From Squalus acanthias (Eukaryota), in contig JASTWF010000326.1 of the NCBI GenBank assembly GCA_030390025.1, positions 124,001-188,000 on the forward strand: 64,000 nucleotides of DNA, in the 5' to 3' direction. Shown piece by piece: positions 38,055 through 51,233 of this stretch (its first letter is position 1; the number at the start of each line of letters is the position of its first letter). The translations under genes were made by a program, and so were the position numbers. The notes below the pieces were generated by a model. It searched no databases, was not told the origin of the DNA, and worked only from the letters and a program-made list of their open reading frames with translations.

Positions 38055-38670
38055 TAAGGGGTGATTTGATTGAGGTTTTTAGGATTTTGAAAAGGAATTG
38101 ATAGAGTAGATTGAGGAACTTTTTCAGTTGGAGGTGGGAGTCTAGGACAAAGGGACGTAACATTAAAATCAAAGACAGGCCATTCAGATATTAGGAAACA
38201 CTTCTTCAAGCAAAGGGTGATTGATTCCTGGGATGAGAGGGTTGCTATATGAGGAGTGATTGAGTAGATTGGGCCTATACTCTCTGGAGTTTAGAAGAAT
38301 GAGAGGTGATCTCATTGAAACATACACAATTCTGAGAGGGATTGACAGGGTAGGTGCTGAGAGGCTGTTTCCCCTGGCTGGAGAGTCTAGAACTAGGGGG
38401 CATAGTCTTACGATAAGGGGTCGGCCATTTAGGACTGAAATGAGGAGAAATTTCTTCACTCAGATGGTTGTGAATCTTTGGAATTCTCTACCCCAGAGGG
38501 TGGATGCTCAATCATGGAGTATATTCAAGGCTGAGATCGACAGATCTAAAGAAATCAAGGGATATGGGGATCAGGCGGGAAAGTGGAGTTGAGGTAGATG
38601 ATCAGCCATGATCTAATTGAATGGTGGAACAGGCTCGAGGGGCTGAATGGCCTTCTCCTGTTCCTATTCT
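38055..38670 (+). mobile_element. Two adjacent CR1 3' fragments (older 38055-38220, younger 38220-38670)
   Basis: ORF 38260-38592 contains LGLYSLEFRRMRGDLIETY..TRGHSL..RRNFFTQ, followed by a 3' UTR. Confidence 0.9.
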
Positions 38671-38694
38671 AAAGTTACCTCTAATAATTTGCAA

Positions 38695-38802
38695 GGGTTC
38701 AAGGCGGGAGCTCACCATCACCTTCTCAAGGGCAAATAGGAATGGGCAATAAATCCTGGCCTTGCCAACGATGCCCACATCCCAGGAATGAATAAAAAAA
38801 AA
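38695..38802 (+). mobile_element. Zenon-like LINE 3' tail
   Basis: Matches ~18294-18395 and ends in an A-run. Confidence 0.85.
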
Positions 38803-39270
38803 CAAGACCTGCACATTGTCGTTAGATGCTCAACAAACTAAACTGTTTTCTCTTAAAAGTTTAATAAAAATCAAATAGAACTTAGTGATCTAACCATTCA
38901 AGTATAATTTTAGGCCACTGCACTTCAAGGCTAAAATCCCAGTGGAGCTAATCTCCACACTCCTTGCTTTTTCACACGCCACGTGTCTCTCCAGGACATA
39001 GTGCTTTGCTAGTAAACTCAAATTGCTACTATGTTACCTTAAGCAGTAGCTCATCTGCCACAGGTAAAACCACCCAGAGAACAGCTCATCTCACCATTTA
39101 TGTAACCAATTAATCAACCTATCAGTAGCTCACACCAGCTAAGAGGCACCAAATTTACAGGTTTATACCTTAACAATTCTTAATATCAGACAGCTAAAAT
39201 GAAGCAAATTAAAGTCAAAACACAGTAACAAATATTTAAAGTTTCAGTCATTGGGATATAAATCAGTCTT

Positions 39271-39762
39271 GGACGGTAACTCTAACAGGGTGATAATGAA
39301 TCACCAGTCCGCTTTGCACGCCACCCAATTTTCTTTCTTAACTGTTGGACTTCAATGGAAAAGAAAAAAAAAAAATCGGGTACTGTGATTATTTGCACAG
39401 ACTGCTGCATCCTTCTGTGCATGCGCCTGTATGGGGGGGGCTGGGGGGCAGGGCCTAAACACCATCCCGCACATACGCATCAGAGGGCACTTGTCAGTCC
39501 ATCGTTAGCCATCTGTGGGGCAGGCTGGCGGGCGCAGGCCTCGACAGTAGGCCGCGGCCTCAGGGTGGGAGTCAGCCGAGGGCGGAAACCCAGCCCAGGC
39601 CCTGGCCCTGATGTTTAAAACCCCACTCACTCAGTCGAGCTTGTCCCTCTTGCTGCCTCGGCGAGAGTGAAAGAATCCTGGGGTTTGGTGGTGGCTTTCC
39701 GGCCCGATTGTACAAGGAGAGCAGGCATAGGGTTCGCTCCTGATAGTGAGGACAAAATCAAA
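39271..39762. mobile_element. Degenerate GC-rich MITE-like element
   Basis: Sharp GC/CpG-rich island in AT-rich DNA with a MITE-like subterminal CACCCAATTTT. Ends uncertain. Confidence 0.35.
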
Positions 39763-42007
39763 TCAAAAGCCCAAAGTTTGCAAATTGGGATATCTTAGTT
39801 TCTTCCACTCAGGAGGTGGTGTGGAGACATGAGACACAAACGTAAATAGGTGCCATCAGTTATGTTGAATGCCTTATGCCATTTTGTTTTGGCCAAGTTG
39901 AACTCAGTGCACTCTTAGAGGCCGACAATGCTGATTTTGCATTACCCAACTGTACGGACCTGTCCCCTGAGATAAACAGAAAGTCACAATCAAGACACAT
40001 TATTTACTATAGGTTAGGTTTAAACAGAGAGCTTTGAAATGGGCCAACACAAATTAAGAGAATTGTATGTGCTCTGAGTGAATAAGGCATTAATTCTTCA
40101 GATGCAAGGATTCTTTGATACTCAAATACTTATTTACTTCCATATGTTTCAAACTGACAAGAATAGTTTCATATGTTATTGCTGGAAAGAAAAGCTCAGC
40201 ACTCCAGCAGTGCCGCAACTGGACTTCCACATTCTGGCTGAAATTACACATAGCAAACAAACTGTTGGCTGTGTCTTGTCCTCCAAGGGGACCAATCAGA
40301 AATCTGGTGTTGTCCTCCAAGGGGATCAGAGATCTGATGTTGCAAATAGACATGACCAAAATCGGGCAGAATGTAAAATGGGCGGCCGAGTAACTGTTGG
40401 CCGTTTTGCGCTACTGCCCAAGACTAATTTATGCCCCGCTGTGTCCCAATCATTCCTGCTGAGGCTAAATTCAGTGTTTTCCTGGTCTTCTGCAATCCAC
40501 TGATCCCTCACTGCTCAAGACTAATCTCTTAAATTTATACCGTCTTAGCTTACAAATTGCAAGGCTGCATAGACAGTACACTGTCCATCAGCAGCGAGTT
40601 TGCAGCATTTCGAAGAACTGCCAAAGGGGTTGGATTACAGTCTGCTGCGATAGTTAATTTAGCCAAAACAGACAGCAGTCCATTCTATATGTTGATTCAG
40701 CTGATATCAGGGACACCTTGGAGGCCATGTTTGTGTGGGGTTACTAGATAATAAAAGATGTCACATAGACTGGTGTCAGTAAGACTAAAAAAACTGAAGG
40801 CTTTGCAAATCACACTATAGTGTAGCTTAGAATAGCTGTGAATGTGGAAGTAGCAACTCCTGTCACACATACTTGAAGCAACATAGAAGTTATTTTACTG
40901 TTTGAGATGGCAGGAGACATTAGTACCCTTGAGACAGAGGCGTCACTCGGTGATGCATAGCCTCAGTTTGCAGTCTCACAAAGAACGGAGTATCCTTGCT
41001 CCTTCCAATGATCCTGCAACCAATAGTAGCTAACAAATGTCACAAAACATGCTGAGAAGGAAGATATACAGACCTCGGTGCAAATACTCATTAGGCATAA
41101 CACAAGTATTAATGTCAAATGATAAAATCATATTAAATATTGTTCTTGCTTTCATTACACTGAATATATTTAGTACAATTTATCAAAATGAAATAGCCAA
41201 TTGACACAATAGAAAGTATTGCTGCCTTCTTTATCTGTAAAGTGAGACACTAAAAGGCAGTTTGTCATTTTTGCTATGTTACATATTCTATGTTTATGCT
41301 GGTTTGAACTTTGAAGTTGACAAGAGTCAAATAGTTTCCCTTTGGGAATTATTCCCATGAAGAAAGAATGGCTGCAGAATGTCTGTTGGTTTGCTGATTA
41401 TCTGCCTTGTATTCATTTTAAGCAAAATATTCTTAAACTAAATTCTCCCAGACTATCCTATTTACTGCCAGGGCATCAACTTGGAACAGAACTTCTAAAG
41501 CTTTGCTTCCTCCAAACCCACATATACACATGCTCATCTTGCACATGGATGCAATGTTTCTTTGAGCTGCTCCATTGTACAAAGATGCACATTTCAATAA
41601 ATGCATTGCACTTTTCCAGATGCAGACTGCAATCTTCTGGTCAACACTCCCAAGAAGGTCTTACTTAGGCATCCCCACAGCACAAGGAGGAGCCAGCAGC
41701 AGCTAGCTGCCATAGCCAGAAGAGCACAACTGATAACCCACAACTGTCAATAAATAAAGACTTATTCATCAAATAAAGTCACTTTACACCTGCCTGTTAT
41801 CCCCAACACACCCTCACAAAGTCCTTCACTTTCCAAGACTGCTGCAAAGATCCTTACTAAGACAGAAGTTCACATTTTTCCTGCATCACCCATCTCAAAA
41901 AAGCTGAAAGCACACAGAAACAAACTCATTCTACTTTAAAAACCATTCACCAGGAAATACCAAATAAATTCCGTTCAGCATTCCTCCCTCAACCATCACG
42001 GAAACCA

Positions 42008-42180
42008 AATTATCTGGGCATCTGTTCATTTGCTATTTGTGGGACCTTGCGGTGTGCGAATTAGCTGCCACATTTGCCGATATAATTAGTGGCTGTACTT
42101 GAAAATGAACCATGTTGTAAAGTACTCCGGATGTCCTGAGGATGTGATAATAAATCACTATATAAATGCCAGTTCTTTCA
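42008..42180 (+). mobile_element. DeuSINE 3' fragment
   Basis: Matches the reverse complement of ~10115-10280. Tail CTATATAAATGCCAGTTCTTTC. Confidence 0.7.
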
Positions 42181-43935
42181 TTAACAGCGAGTGAAGTGAA
42201 GGCTAGAATGTTCATCTCGCTCTTGACAGCAGGAAATTGTTTGAAATTAAACAGAGCAGCAAACTTGTTGGAGCCCTATTCACTAACACTGCCATTTCTG
42301 GATTTATAGATTCATGGCTATAAAACCAAAGTATTTGCACTTTAATGTAGTCAACCTGATTTTAAAGACTAAAACAAAGATTAAATCACAAAGCAAGTTA
42401 TAAAAAAAAAATTGTTTTGGTTAGTTCTAGCCTTCCGTGTAGTTATGATTTATTAAAACCACCAAACCATAAGATTTTCAATTTCCCAAATAAACACTGC
42501 ATAGTCCATCAAAACTTTTATTTTATCGCACATAAAATACCCATGGCACAATGCTGCACAGCTAATTAAAGAGCCACTGAGTGCAACACAATAAGTTGTT
42601 CGAAAGCCAGGATAAGAAGTCTCTAATGGAGCCTATGCTCTTGGGTAGCCCTCTCCCACCAACGCTGACACTGAGCCAGTTTATTTAATAATTACAGCAA
42701 AATCCACATTCAACAAATTCAGTAGCAAAGAGTTTAGTTGCTTTATTGAACTGACTTTTGCTCAGCAGGCGAGTTAATTTCTCCCAGTGAAAACATACAT
42801 ATATTACTCAAAGTTTATTGACAAGGCTTTAACAAACAGCAGGCATATCAAAAAAACCTTTGGTTACAAATTTGACTCTCCTATTTAACAGGTAAGGTGG
42901 CAGAAAATGGAGGTGCAGAAAGGAAAAAAAATGGTGCTTGCAGCTCATCTCTCTCTTTTCCAATTTTAATATCCATCTCCACTGCTGTTGCTGTTAATAA
43001 GCAGTGAAAAACAGTTTTTTGATTGTCTATTAAGAGATCTTTTACATCATTATGTGAAGTGCTTTGGGAGGAAGGCTACACAGATAAATCATGGGTCACC
43101 GTTAGCATAAAGAGGCATATCAGCCACAGTGCTATTGGATGGCGCACTAACATAACTCTTAAGATGTCTATATAGCGATAGCTACAAGAAGGATTGGAGG
43201 AAACTTCCAGCATCACACCAGAGAAATTAGAGTCTTAATCACCAGGCCCCATGATATTAAAATGTTCCACAAAGTACATATGTCATCATGCAGCTGGCCG
43301 ACTCCAAATCTCACCTTGCCCACAAACATTGCTGGACTCGAAAGGATGAAATTAAGTTCTACCTCCTGCATGCTCTGGGATGTAGTGGAGAGATGAAGAG
43401 ACTGACTGCTTTCTGATGTGTCCCTCCTACACTTCTTGAAAGAGTGAATGACAGACAGGCTTTTAGCATCACGAGAAGGAATACACGATGAAGCAAAGAA
43501 TAGCAGTCAGATTTTGCTTCTCTGAAAAGTAGTCAAAAAATTAACAATACCAAATCTAACAAACCTGAAGGAGGTTGTCCAAAATCTTTTAGTCACTTGT
43601 ACATTAAAATTGGGATCCCAGGAATGCGGCTCTCTAATCAGTGCCACTCCCCTGCAGTTACCTTAGCCAGTGTTTCCACCTCATAGTCATGAACTTTTGA
43701 TGATGCTGTCTTAATATGGACCTATGTTTTACATGTCTGAAATTTTCACAGCTTTGTACACAAAAGGGAGAGGGGGGAAAAGAAAAAAAAAAAAAACAGG
43801 TGCTGTAACAGCAGAAGTGTTACAAAAACAACATGACAGTAAACATGTTTTATTTTCCTTCTGATTGTACCAAACTTGATACACAATTCAAATTAATTTG
43901 GTGCACTCAATTTGATAGTAGGGTATTATCACTGA

Positions 43936-44252
43936 AACAGATTATCTGGCCATTATCTCATTGCTGTTTGTCGGAGCTTGCTGTACACAAATTAGTTGCA
44001 TCACTTCCTACAATACAACAGTGACTACACTGCAAAAGTACTTAATTGGGTGTAAAATGTGAGAGGGCATCCTGAGATTGTGAAAGGTGCCATTTGAACG
44101 CAAGCTCTTTCTTTATTCATTACTTACATTATTTATTCATTACTTACATTACAAGAGTGTCTACACTTCAAATTTACTTAATTGGCTGTAAAATGCTTTG
44201 GGATGTCCTGAGGTTGTGAAAGATGCTATATAAATGTAAGTTGTTTTCTTTT
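43936..44252 (+). mobile_element. Two tandem DeuSINE 3' tails separated by a 20-bp tandem duplication
   Basis: Both copies have ACTTAATTGG.TGTAAAATG..TCCTGAG.TTGTGAAAG. TTTATTCATTACTTACATTA is repeated twice at 44112-44151. Confidence 0.7.
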
Positions 44253-44611
44253 TCCTTATTGGGTCCAGAGAGCCAGTTCTGCATGTCTGCATGCTAAATA
44301 GCACCAGGACACAAGGACAGAAAGAACTGGCACTAGCTCACAATAAAACTGCCTTTAGTTCATAATTTCTTCTAAATACATTTTTCTACCAACTCCTCAA
44401 TCCAGAACCCAATTAAATCATGAAAATGTATTTTTTCCCCCACAATCGCACAATCAATACTCTTCAGCAGTTGTAATCTAGGTACATCCCTATCCTCTAT
44501 TTGCACACCAAGTATAACCAGTTGGTTGGATAACACTAGTGCAATACACAAAATCACCATTGCCATGAATAAAATGTCACTGTAAATTGGCAAACCCCTG
44601 CATTACTGGCA

Positions 44612-46245
44612 GATTATTCAAGAAAGGAGAGAGAAAACAGGGAACTATACGCCAGTTAGCCTGACATTAGCAGTAAGGAAAATATTAGAATCTATTATTA
44701 GGTACATGGTAACAGGGCAGTTAGAAAATTATAATATGTTCAGGCAGAGTCAACATGGTTATATGAAAGGGAAATTGTGTTTGACAAATCAATTAAAGTT
44801 TTTTGAGGGTGCAACTAGTAGGGGGAACCAGTGGATGTAATATATTTGGATTTTCAAAAAGGTAGTCAATAGCGGTTGTTACAAGATTAAGGCTCGTTGG
44901 ATTGGGTAATATATTAGCTTGGATTGAGAATTGGTTAACAGACAGAAAACAGAGTAGAGTAAATGGGTAATTTTCTGGTTGGCAGGTTGTAACTAGTAGG
45001 GTGTCACAAGGATCAGTGCTTGGGCCTCAGATATTTACAGTTTATATCAATGACATAGATGAGGGGACCAAGTGTAATGTATCCAAGTTTGTTGATATTA
45101 CAAAGCTAGGTGGGAAAGTAAGCTGTAAGGAGTACACAAAGAGGCTGCAAAGGGATATAAGACAGGTTAAGCGAGTGGGCAAAAAGGTGGCAGATGGAGT
45201 ATAATGTGGGGAAATGTGAAATTATCCACTTTGGTAGGAAGAATAGAAAAGCAAAATATTTTTTTTAAAAGTGAGAGAGACCATTAAATGTTGGTATGCA
45301 AAGGGCTTTGGGGATCCTTGTACACGAATCACAGAAAGTTAACATGTAGGTACAGCAAGCAATTGGGAAGGCAAATGATATGTTAGCTTTTATTGCAAAG
45401 GGGTTGGCATGCAAGAGTAAGGAAGTCTTGCTGTAATTAGATAGGGCTTTGGTGAGACCACACCTGGAGTACTTTGTACAGTTTTGGTCTCCTTACCTAA
45501 GGAAGGATATACTTGCCTTAGAGGGGGTGCAACCAAGGTTCACTAGATTGATTCCTGAGATGAGATGGTTGTCCTATGAGCAGAGATTGAGCCTATTCTC
45601 AAATAAAAACAGAAAATGCTGGGAATGCTCAGCAGGTCAGGCAGCACCTGTGGAAAGAGCAACAGAGTTAATGTTTCAGGTCGATGACCTTTCCTCAGTC
45701 TGATGAAGGGTCATCGACCTGAAACGTTAACTGTTTCTTTCTCCACAGATGCTGCCTGACCTGCTGAGTATTCCCAGCATTTTCTGTTTTTATTTCAGAT
45801 TTCCAGCATCCACAGTATTTTGCTTCTACGTGCTCTGGAATTTAGTAGAATGATAGGTGATCTCATTGAAACATATAAAATTCTTAGAAGGCTTGACAGG
45901 GTAGATGATGAGAGGCTGTTTCCCCTGGCTGGGGAGTCTAGAATGAGGGGTCGTAGTCTGAAGATAAGGGGTCAGCCATTTAGGACTGAGATGAGGAGAA
46001 GTTTCTTCATTCAGAGGGTTGTGAATCTTTGGAATTCTCTACCCCAGAGGGCAGTGGAGGTTCAGTGGTTGAGTATATTCAAGGCTGAGATCGATAGATT
46101 TTGGACACTAAGGGAATCAAGGGATATAGGGAAAGGGCAGTAAAGTGGAGTTGAGGTCGAAGATCAACCATGATCTTATTGAATGTCGGAGCAGACTCGA
46201 TGGGCCGTCTAACCCACTCCTGCTCTTATTTCTTATGTTCTTATG
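44612..46245 (+). mobile_element. Degenerate CR1 RT plus 3' UTR, interrupted by a Penelope fold-back
   Basis: [25 protein letters not shown] and GDLIETYKIL motifs. Tail ATTTCTTATGTTCTTATG. Confidence 0.93.
45601..45826. mobile_element. Inverted (fold-back) Penelope pseudo-LTR pair with two hammerhead cores
   Basis: Arm 45601-45698 is the near reverse complement of 45700-45795. Plus core CTGATGA..GAAACGTT. Minus core CTGAGGA..GAAACATT. Confidence 0.9.
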
Positions 46246-46444
46246 ATGTGGGCTAAGTTCAGAAATTCAGCTTCACGCATCTGCCCTTGAAGATATTTCT
46301 TGCTTCTAGAATGTATTAGAAAAGCCAACTTTAAAAGGGCTGCAATTTTACATTTCATCATTTGACCTTTTCTGCTTTAGAAATATTATTTTGAAAATTA
46401 AAACCATTTCGCTGCCAAAGCCATTAAAATTTCACAAAATGAAG

Positions 46445-46725
46445 CCTGATCCTGATGACTCAGTGGGTGACTGCACAAGGTGACGCATATCCTTGAGGTG
46501 GGCGCTTTCACATTGAATCCCTGGTCTGTGTTAAGTCAGTGGGAGCCACAACTTGGCTGTGTTCCTAAGTTGGTGGGGAGGGGAAGTTAGGTGGGAAGGA
46601 AAGAGAAGGGGGGGAATTAATCAGCCAGGATTCTTGCTGTTAAATCACATCCTAGTGACTTCCAGCTGGAAATGTGAATATATGACTGCTGGTAAGAACA
46701 GCTTTAGGCTTGGCTGTGATGCCCA
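46445..46725 (+). mobile_element. Old tRNA-derived SINE-like element
   Basis: TGACTCAGTGG (A-box-like) and TTGAATCCCTGGTCTG (B-box-like). A related minus-strand piece lies at ~62615-62780. Confidence 0.45.
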
Positions 46726-46917
46726 AGGCATTTTGTGTATGAAACAATTTTGAAAACGAAATCCAAAACGATTTTACAAAAGTTGAAATGTTCCTGCATT
46801 TTGCATAGAAATAAGCTGTGTAAAAAAATTCATGATCCACTGTATATTCTGAAAATCCTTGATTCATACTGTATATAATGCTGCTTGCTAAACATCTTTT
46901 CACAATATCCGTTCACT

Positions 46918-47551
46918 GGTGCCAATTTTATTTTAGGTGCACAACGAGCGGCCGACAGGCGTGGTGTGCCCGCTGCCTGCCGTTATTGCCGAGAGGCCCG
47001 TGCCATCTGCATGCAGCCTATGAGTTGTGCATGCAGAACCAGCCCACCGAAGCAACTCTCCGGGCTGGGAGGGCAGGAAATCGGCTGGCTCTTACACAAA
47101 GCTGAGTTTGCGGGAGGGATGGTGGGGGCAATCCTGGAGTGGATGGGAGCCTCACACAAACAGGCAGCAAGCCAGCTTATATCCTACTCCTTCTGGCATC
47201 CAAAAAAGTAAAACTAAAAAATATTTTGGGCTATGTTTTGAGCAGTGTCCCTTTAAGTGGTAGGCCACTGAATGTGGATACAAAAGGGTGGTAAATGCAC
47301 AGCACACATACCAGCTCATTTATACCACGAACTTGAAATTGGGGTCCTATGTTCGTCATAGGACCCCAATTTGAAGATTGCAAGTGACCTCTTTCCAAAC
47401 AGGTCGGCGCTCCAACCACGCTTCATGGGACCCTATCCCAGATGGCAGCAGCCAGATTTCCTGTATAAACAGGCCATTAAGTGACCCAACGCCATTTTCT
47501 AGCCGCAACCGCCCTATTTATGCCAGGCGACAGCACTTAAAATCAGCCGCC
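46918..47551. mobile_element. Degenerate GC-rich MITE-like element
   Basis: Ends GGTGCCAATTTTA...TAAAATCAGCCGCC, with GC-rich subtermini around an AT-rich centre. Confidence 0.5.
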
Positions 47552-49774
47552 TAGATTTTTCTAAAGACTGTCAGTCCATAAAATATCAAAATGTCAACCA
47601 TAATTTAAAAAAAATGTTGTATACATCACATTGATACAAGGCATTCAAAAAAAAATCCTCACACCAAAAGGCTTACAGCCTTTGGGTTGCCAGTGATTAA
47701 CCTGCAGTTTGAACTATAGCTTATACAACAGATTTTACACTGATCCATTAATTAAGTGGTAAATATACTGTAAATTTAGATATTGCTGTAACAAAGTTAA
47801 TTTTTAAAATAATCTACCTATCAAATCAGATTAATTTCTGCTTGTATTGTTAAGATGTACATAATAGTAGAGTTGTTGGTGAAATATTTGTTGTAATGAC
47901 AACTAATCCATAGGCAGTATGCAAACTCTCAAACTTTTTCCACTGCTAACCTTCAGGGCACAGCTCAACTGATGAGTCCCAGGAAGTATCACAAAATATC
48001 TAATTTAATTTTGAAGAATTATGATTTTCAAATAAAAGAGCAATCACACATTGTCCATGTTTTTTGTGTGGCTATTCAACTTTAAAAGTAGCCTTCAAAT
48101 TGCAAATTTAATTATGTTACTCAAAATTAATAAAAGTTACCAACGTAACATCATGCTAAATTTAATGATGTTAGTTTAGTTTGCAAACTAACGGAAAGTA
48201 TGTTACCTGTAAGGACATACTTTGCTTTGAGGATTTGGGTTACAATAAACCTAGTCCATATCTTTGAAGCCGTATAAAAAGCATGTTTTACCAAAGGGTA
48301 TTTCCAAGAAGGAGCTTTATAACAATTGTCAGGATTGTGAAGAGGCCTTTATCTTTCAGTGTAATGCTGAGGAAGGACAATTGTAAAAGGAATCATTATT
48401 GTAGGAGAGGATACTTTCATCATAAAATAGAAAACGGACTCTCCTATCTAGCTTTACAAGCAGCCTGCAGGAGTTGGCTATATTGCATCTCAAAACAGAA
48501 ACAGCTATCCAGCTGCAAATAGTGGCAAATCCGACAGCAAGAAGCATGTAGTCGCACAGGCCTCCATTCTTTCATTCTTCTGTCATGACTTCTGAGCATC
48601 AGGAATGTGCAACCCTGTACAGGCAACTATTTGGCAACACTCCAACTGTACTAAAAGTTTACATTATTGAGAGGCTCATGATTGGCCTCCTGGAAAAGGA
48701 AACAAACCAGGACAGCTACTCATTGATGGGGCCAGTGCGTGCATCAACCGATTGGCTGTCTCTGGCTGTCTCCTGGCTTTAAGATCCAACAAGTCTGCAA
48801 TGAGGGGAGAAAACAGAATATTTTTCAGATATATATTTTCAGTTTTTCCTACACAACTTTACAGCAGGAGCATTTTATACTGGAAAGTCCTCCTATATAC
48901 AGGGTTACTCCCCTTAACATATAAAACTGCAAGGACCATATTTTCCTCTGGATGTTGTATTGAATGAAAAAAAACATTAAAAAAGATGAAAGGAAATTAG
49001 CAAAAAACAAAAAATGTGCTCGTTATCAGCCGTTATACAAAAGGAAAGCAAGATATCTAAATATTTATACTATTAGCCTGGACTTTCTCAGGTCCCATTC
49101 TGCCACCAGAAGCATAGCAGGCAGGACATATAGCCACCCCATGTCTGTGCCCCTGGCTCCATTCCTCAGGGTTGGGGGTCATGCCCATAATGATGATGGG
49201 CACTGGGTCACTTATGCTGCTGGTGGGGTACCGATTCCCTTTTGTGGAGGGGTGGGAGAGGATGAGAAGAGAGGAGGGAACTTTTTGCACATGCCAGAGT
49301 GGTATGGTTGGCGATGCAGAGTGATGGGGATAACAATGCTTTTTCAAAAAGAGATTTTGAAATTTCAGCTGTGTGAAAGATCACCTTAACCCTACCCATA
49401 GCCCTCAAGAATGCTGGACATTAGGAAGACACCGCACCTATGGAGAAAACCATGGGAACTTTGATGGGAAATGGAACTTCATTCCATTATTTCCAATCTA
49501 TTATAATGCATATTTAGATGGCTGCATTATATGTGCAATGACAATTTTATTGGAAAATCCTCCCCAACCATTGCACCAGTTTATTTCTGAGGAAATTTAG
49601 ATCCAATGTGTTCTTAAATATAACACTGTAATAATGCAACAGAAAAATTCAGGATGTGCTTTACAAAATTTCTATTATGTAACCATAACTCAATAACATT
49701 ATTTGATTCATCAGTTTGGTGTGCACCCAACACATTGTAAAAAGTACATCCTGGCTCCCTTTGTCCACCATTGG

Positions 49775-49963
49775 CAGCCAATCTTTCCAGCTCTCCACCT
49801 CCATCTCCTCCTTTATCACTCTCGTTAAAATCCACCTCTTCGCCCAAGCTTTTAGTCACACATCCTAATATCTCATCCATTTTTGTCTGATTATACCTCT
49901 ATGGGGTGCTTTGGGACTTTTTTTTAATGTTAAAGGCGCTATATAAATGCAAGTTGTGTTGTT
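49775..49963 (+). mobile_element. L2 3' tail
   Basis: Matches the reverse complement of ~25300-25500 (AAAGGCGCTATATAAATGCAAGTTGT). Confidence 0.75.
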
Positions 49964-51233
49964 GATGTTAAATAAATAGATGCATTATACCCTCGTGTGT
50001 AATACTTAGCAATCCGAATGCAAATAAACACAAGCAGTGCTATTATTGCTAGGTATGTTCTATACCATTTAAGTGCAGGAGCTATACAGATTCATTTTTC
50101 CCTATTAGATATTTAATTGTTTATTTCTAGCAGAAAAGGCAATTTTATCAAGATGAGTATTTATCAGAAGGTCAGGTTTGCTGAAAAAGAAAAAAGGTGT
50201 TCAGCTACTATTTTGATCAGTAGCTGTTAAGATTTACAAAAATTAGACTCATTAGGCTTTGGCTATGATCCCAAGTCATCTAAAAGCAAGAGCTACATGT
50301 ATGTATTTATGGATAATTATGTTCTTTTCTAGATACCATTAAAATAAACCAATGGCCTAATTTTTTTTTTATACAACTTTGATAATTGCCATAAATTTGG
50401 GAATGCTCCACTGTACACGTGAAATAAATGTACAACATGTAACAGAACCATTACAATTCTCTAACCAGAAGTACTATTTTGTCTCTAAAGGTAGGAACAA
50501 ATATTTTGAGAGCTAGATTTTGGGTTCTCAGAAGCTTCCCAAATCTCCTGCAGCCTGTTCCCAGCGTAAGAAATAACATTGTGCAGTGACTCTCCAGTCA
50601 CTCCAGGGATTTCACACTAGGTCATGTATGCAAACTGAATAATTGACAATTCAGCAAAGGTAAGGCAGAATCAGTGAACTTGAAAATGATCTTAATCAAA
50701 TATTAAACCTGCGTCTCACTTCTCACCACATACACTCAAGAGTGCCGTATGTTAAAGGAGCCATTGTTTATTTCATAACAAGTGGAGCTAAATTCCAAAT
50801 GAAGCTAAATTCCAAATGAAATATTCTTTTTTAAAAAAGCTGCAAAACTTCAGATGGCACAAGGCTGAATAGTTTTCATAGGAGAAAGCAAAGGTAGCTG
50901 TTCCATATTTCAGAATAAAAAAGTTTAAAGATGTAGAGGGAAATGAATTGCATCACATAAATTATAGCTAATATATTAAATGTCTATTTATTATCTCACC
51001 AATAATACATTGACAAATGTGTTTTGTAGCCATAAAAATTAGCTCTGTGCCTGTCCTTGCACTGTCAAAGCACCATGTTAATTGCATATTCAAATGTTGT
51101 TGACGTCACAAATATATTGTAGCTCTGAAGCATCACACTGTTGTAATCTGCCTGGGTCCAGATGCTTTGGAACATGTCCCAACTGAGAAGAATGATACAC
51201 TCTCTATGTCTTAATCATGATTGATTTGTTTGG

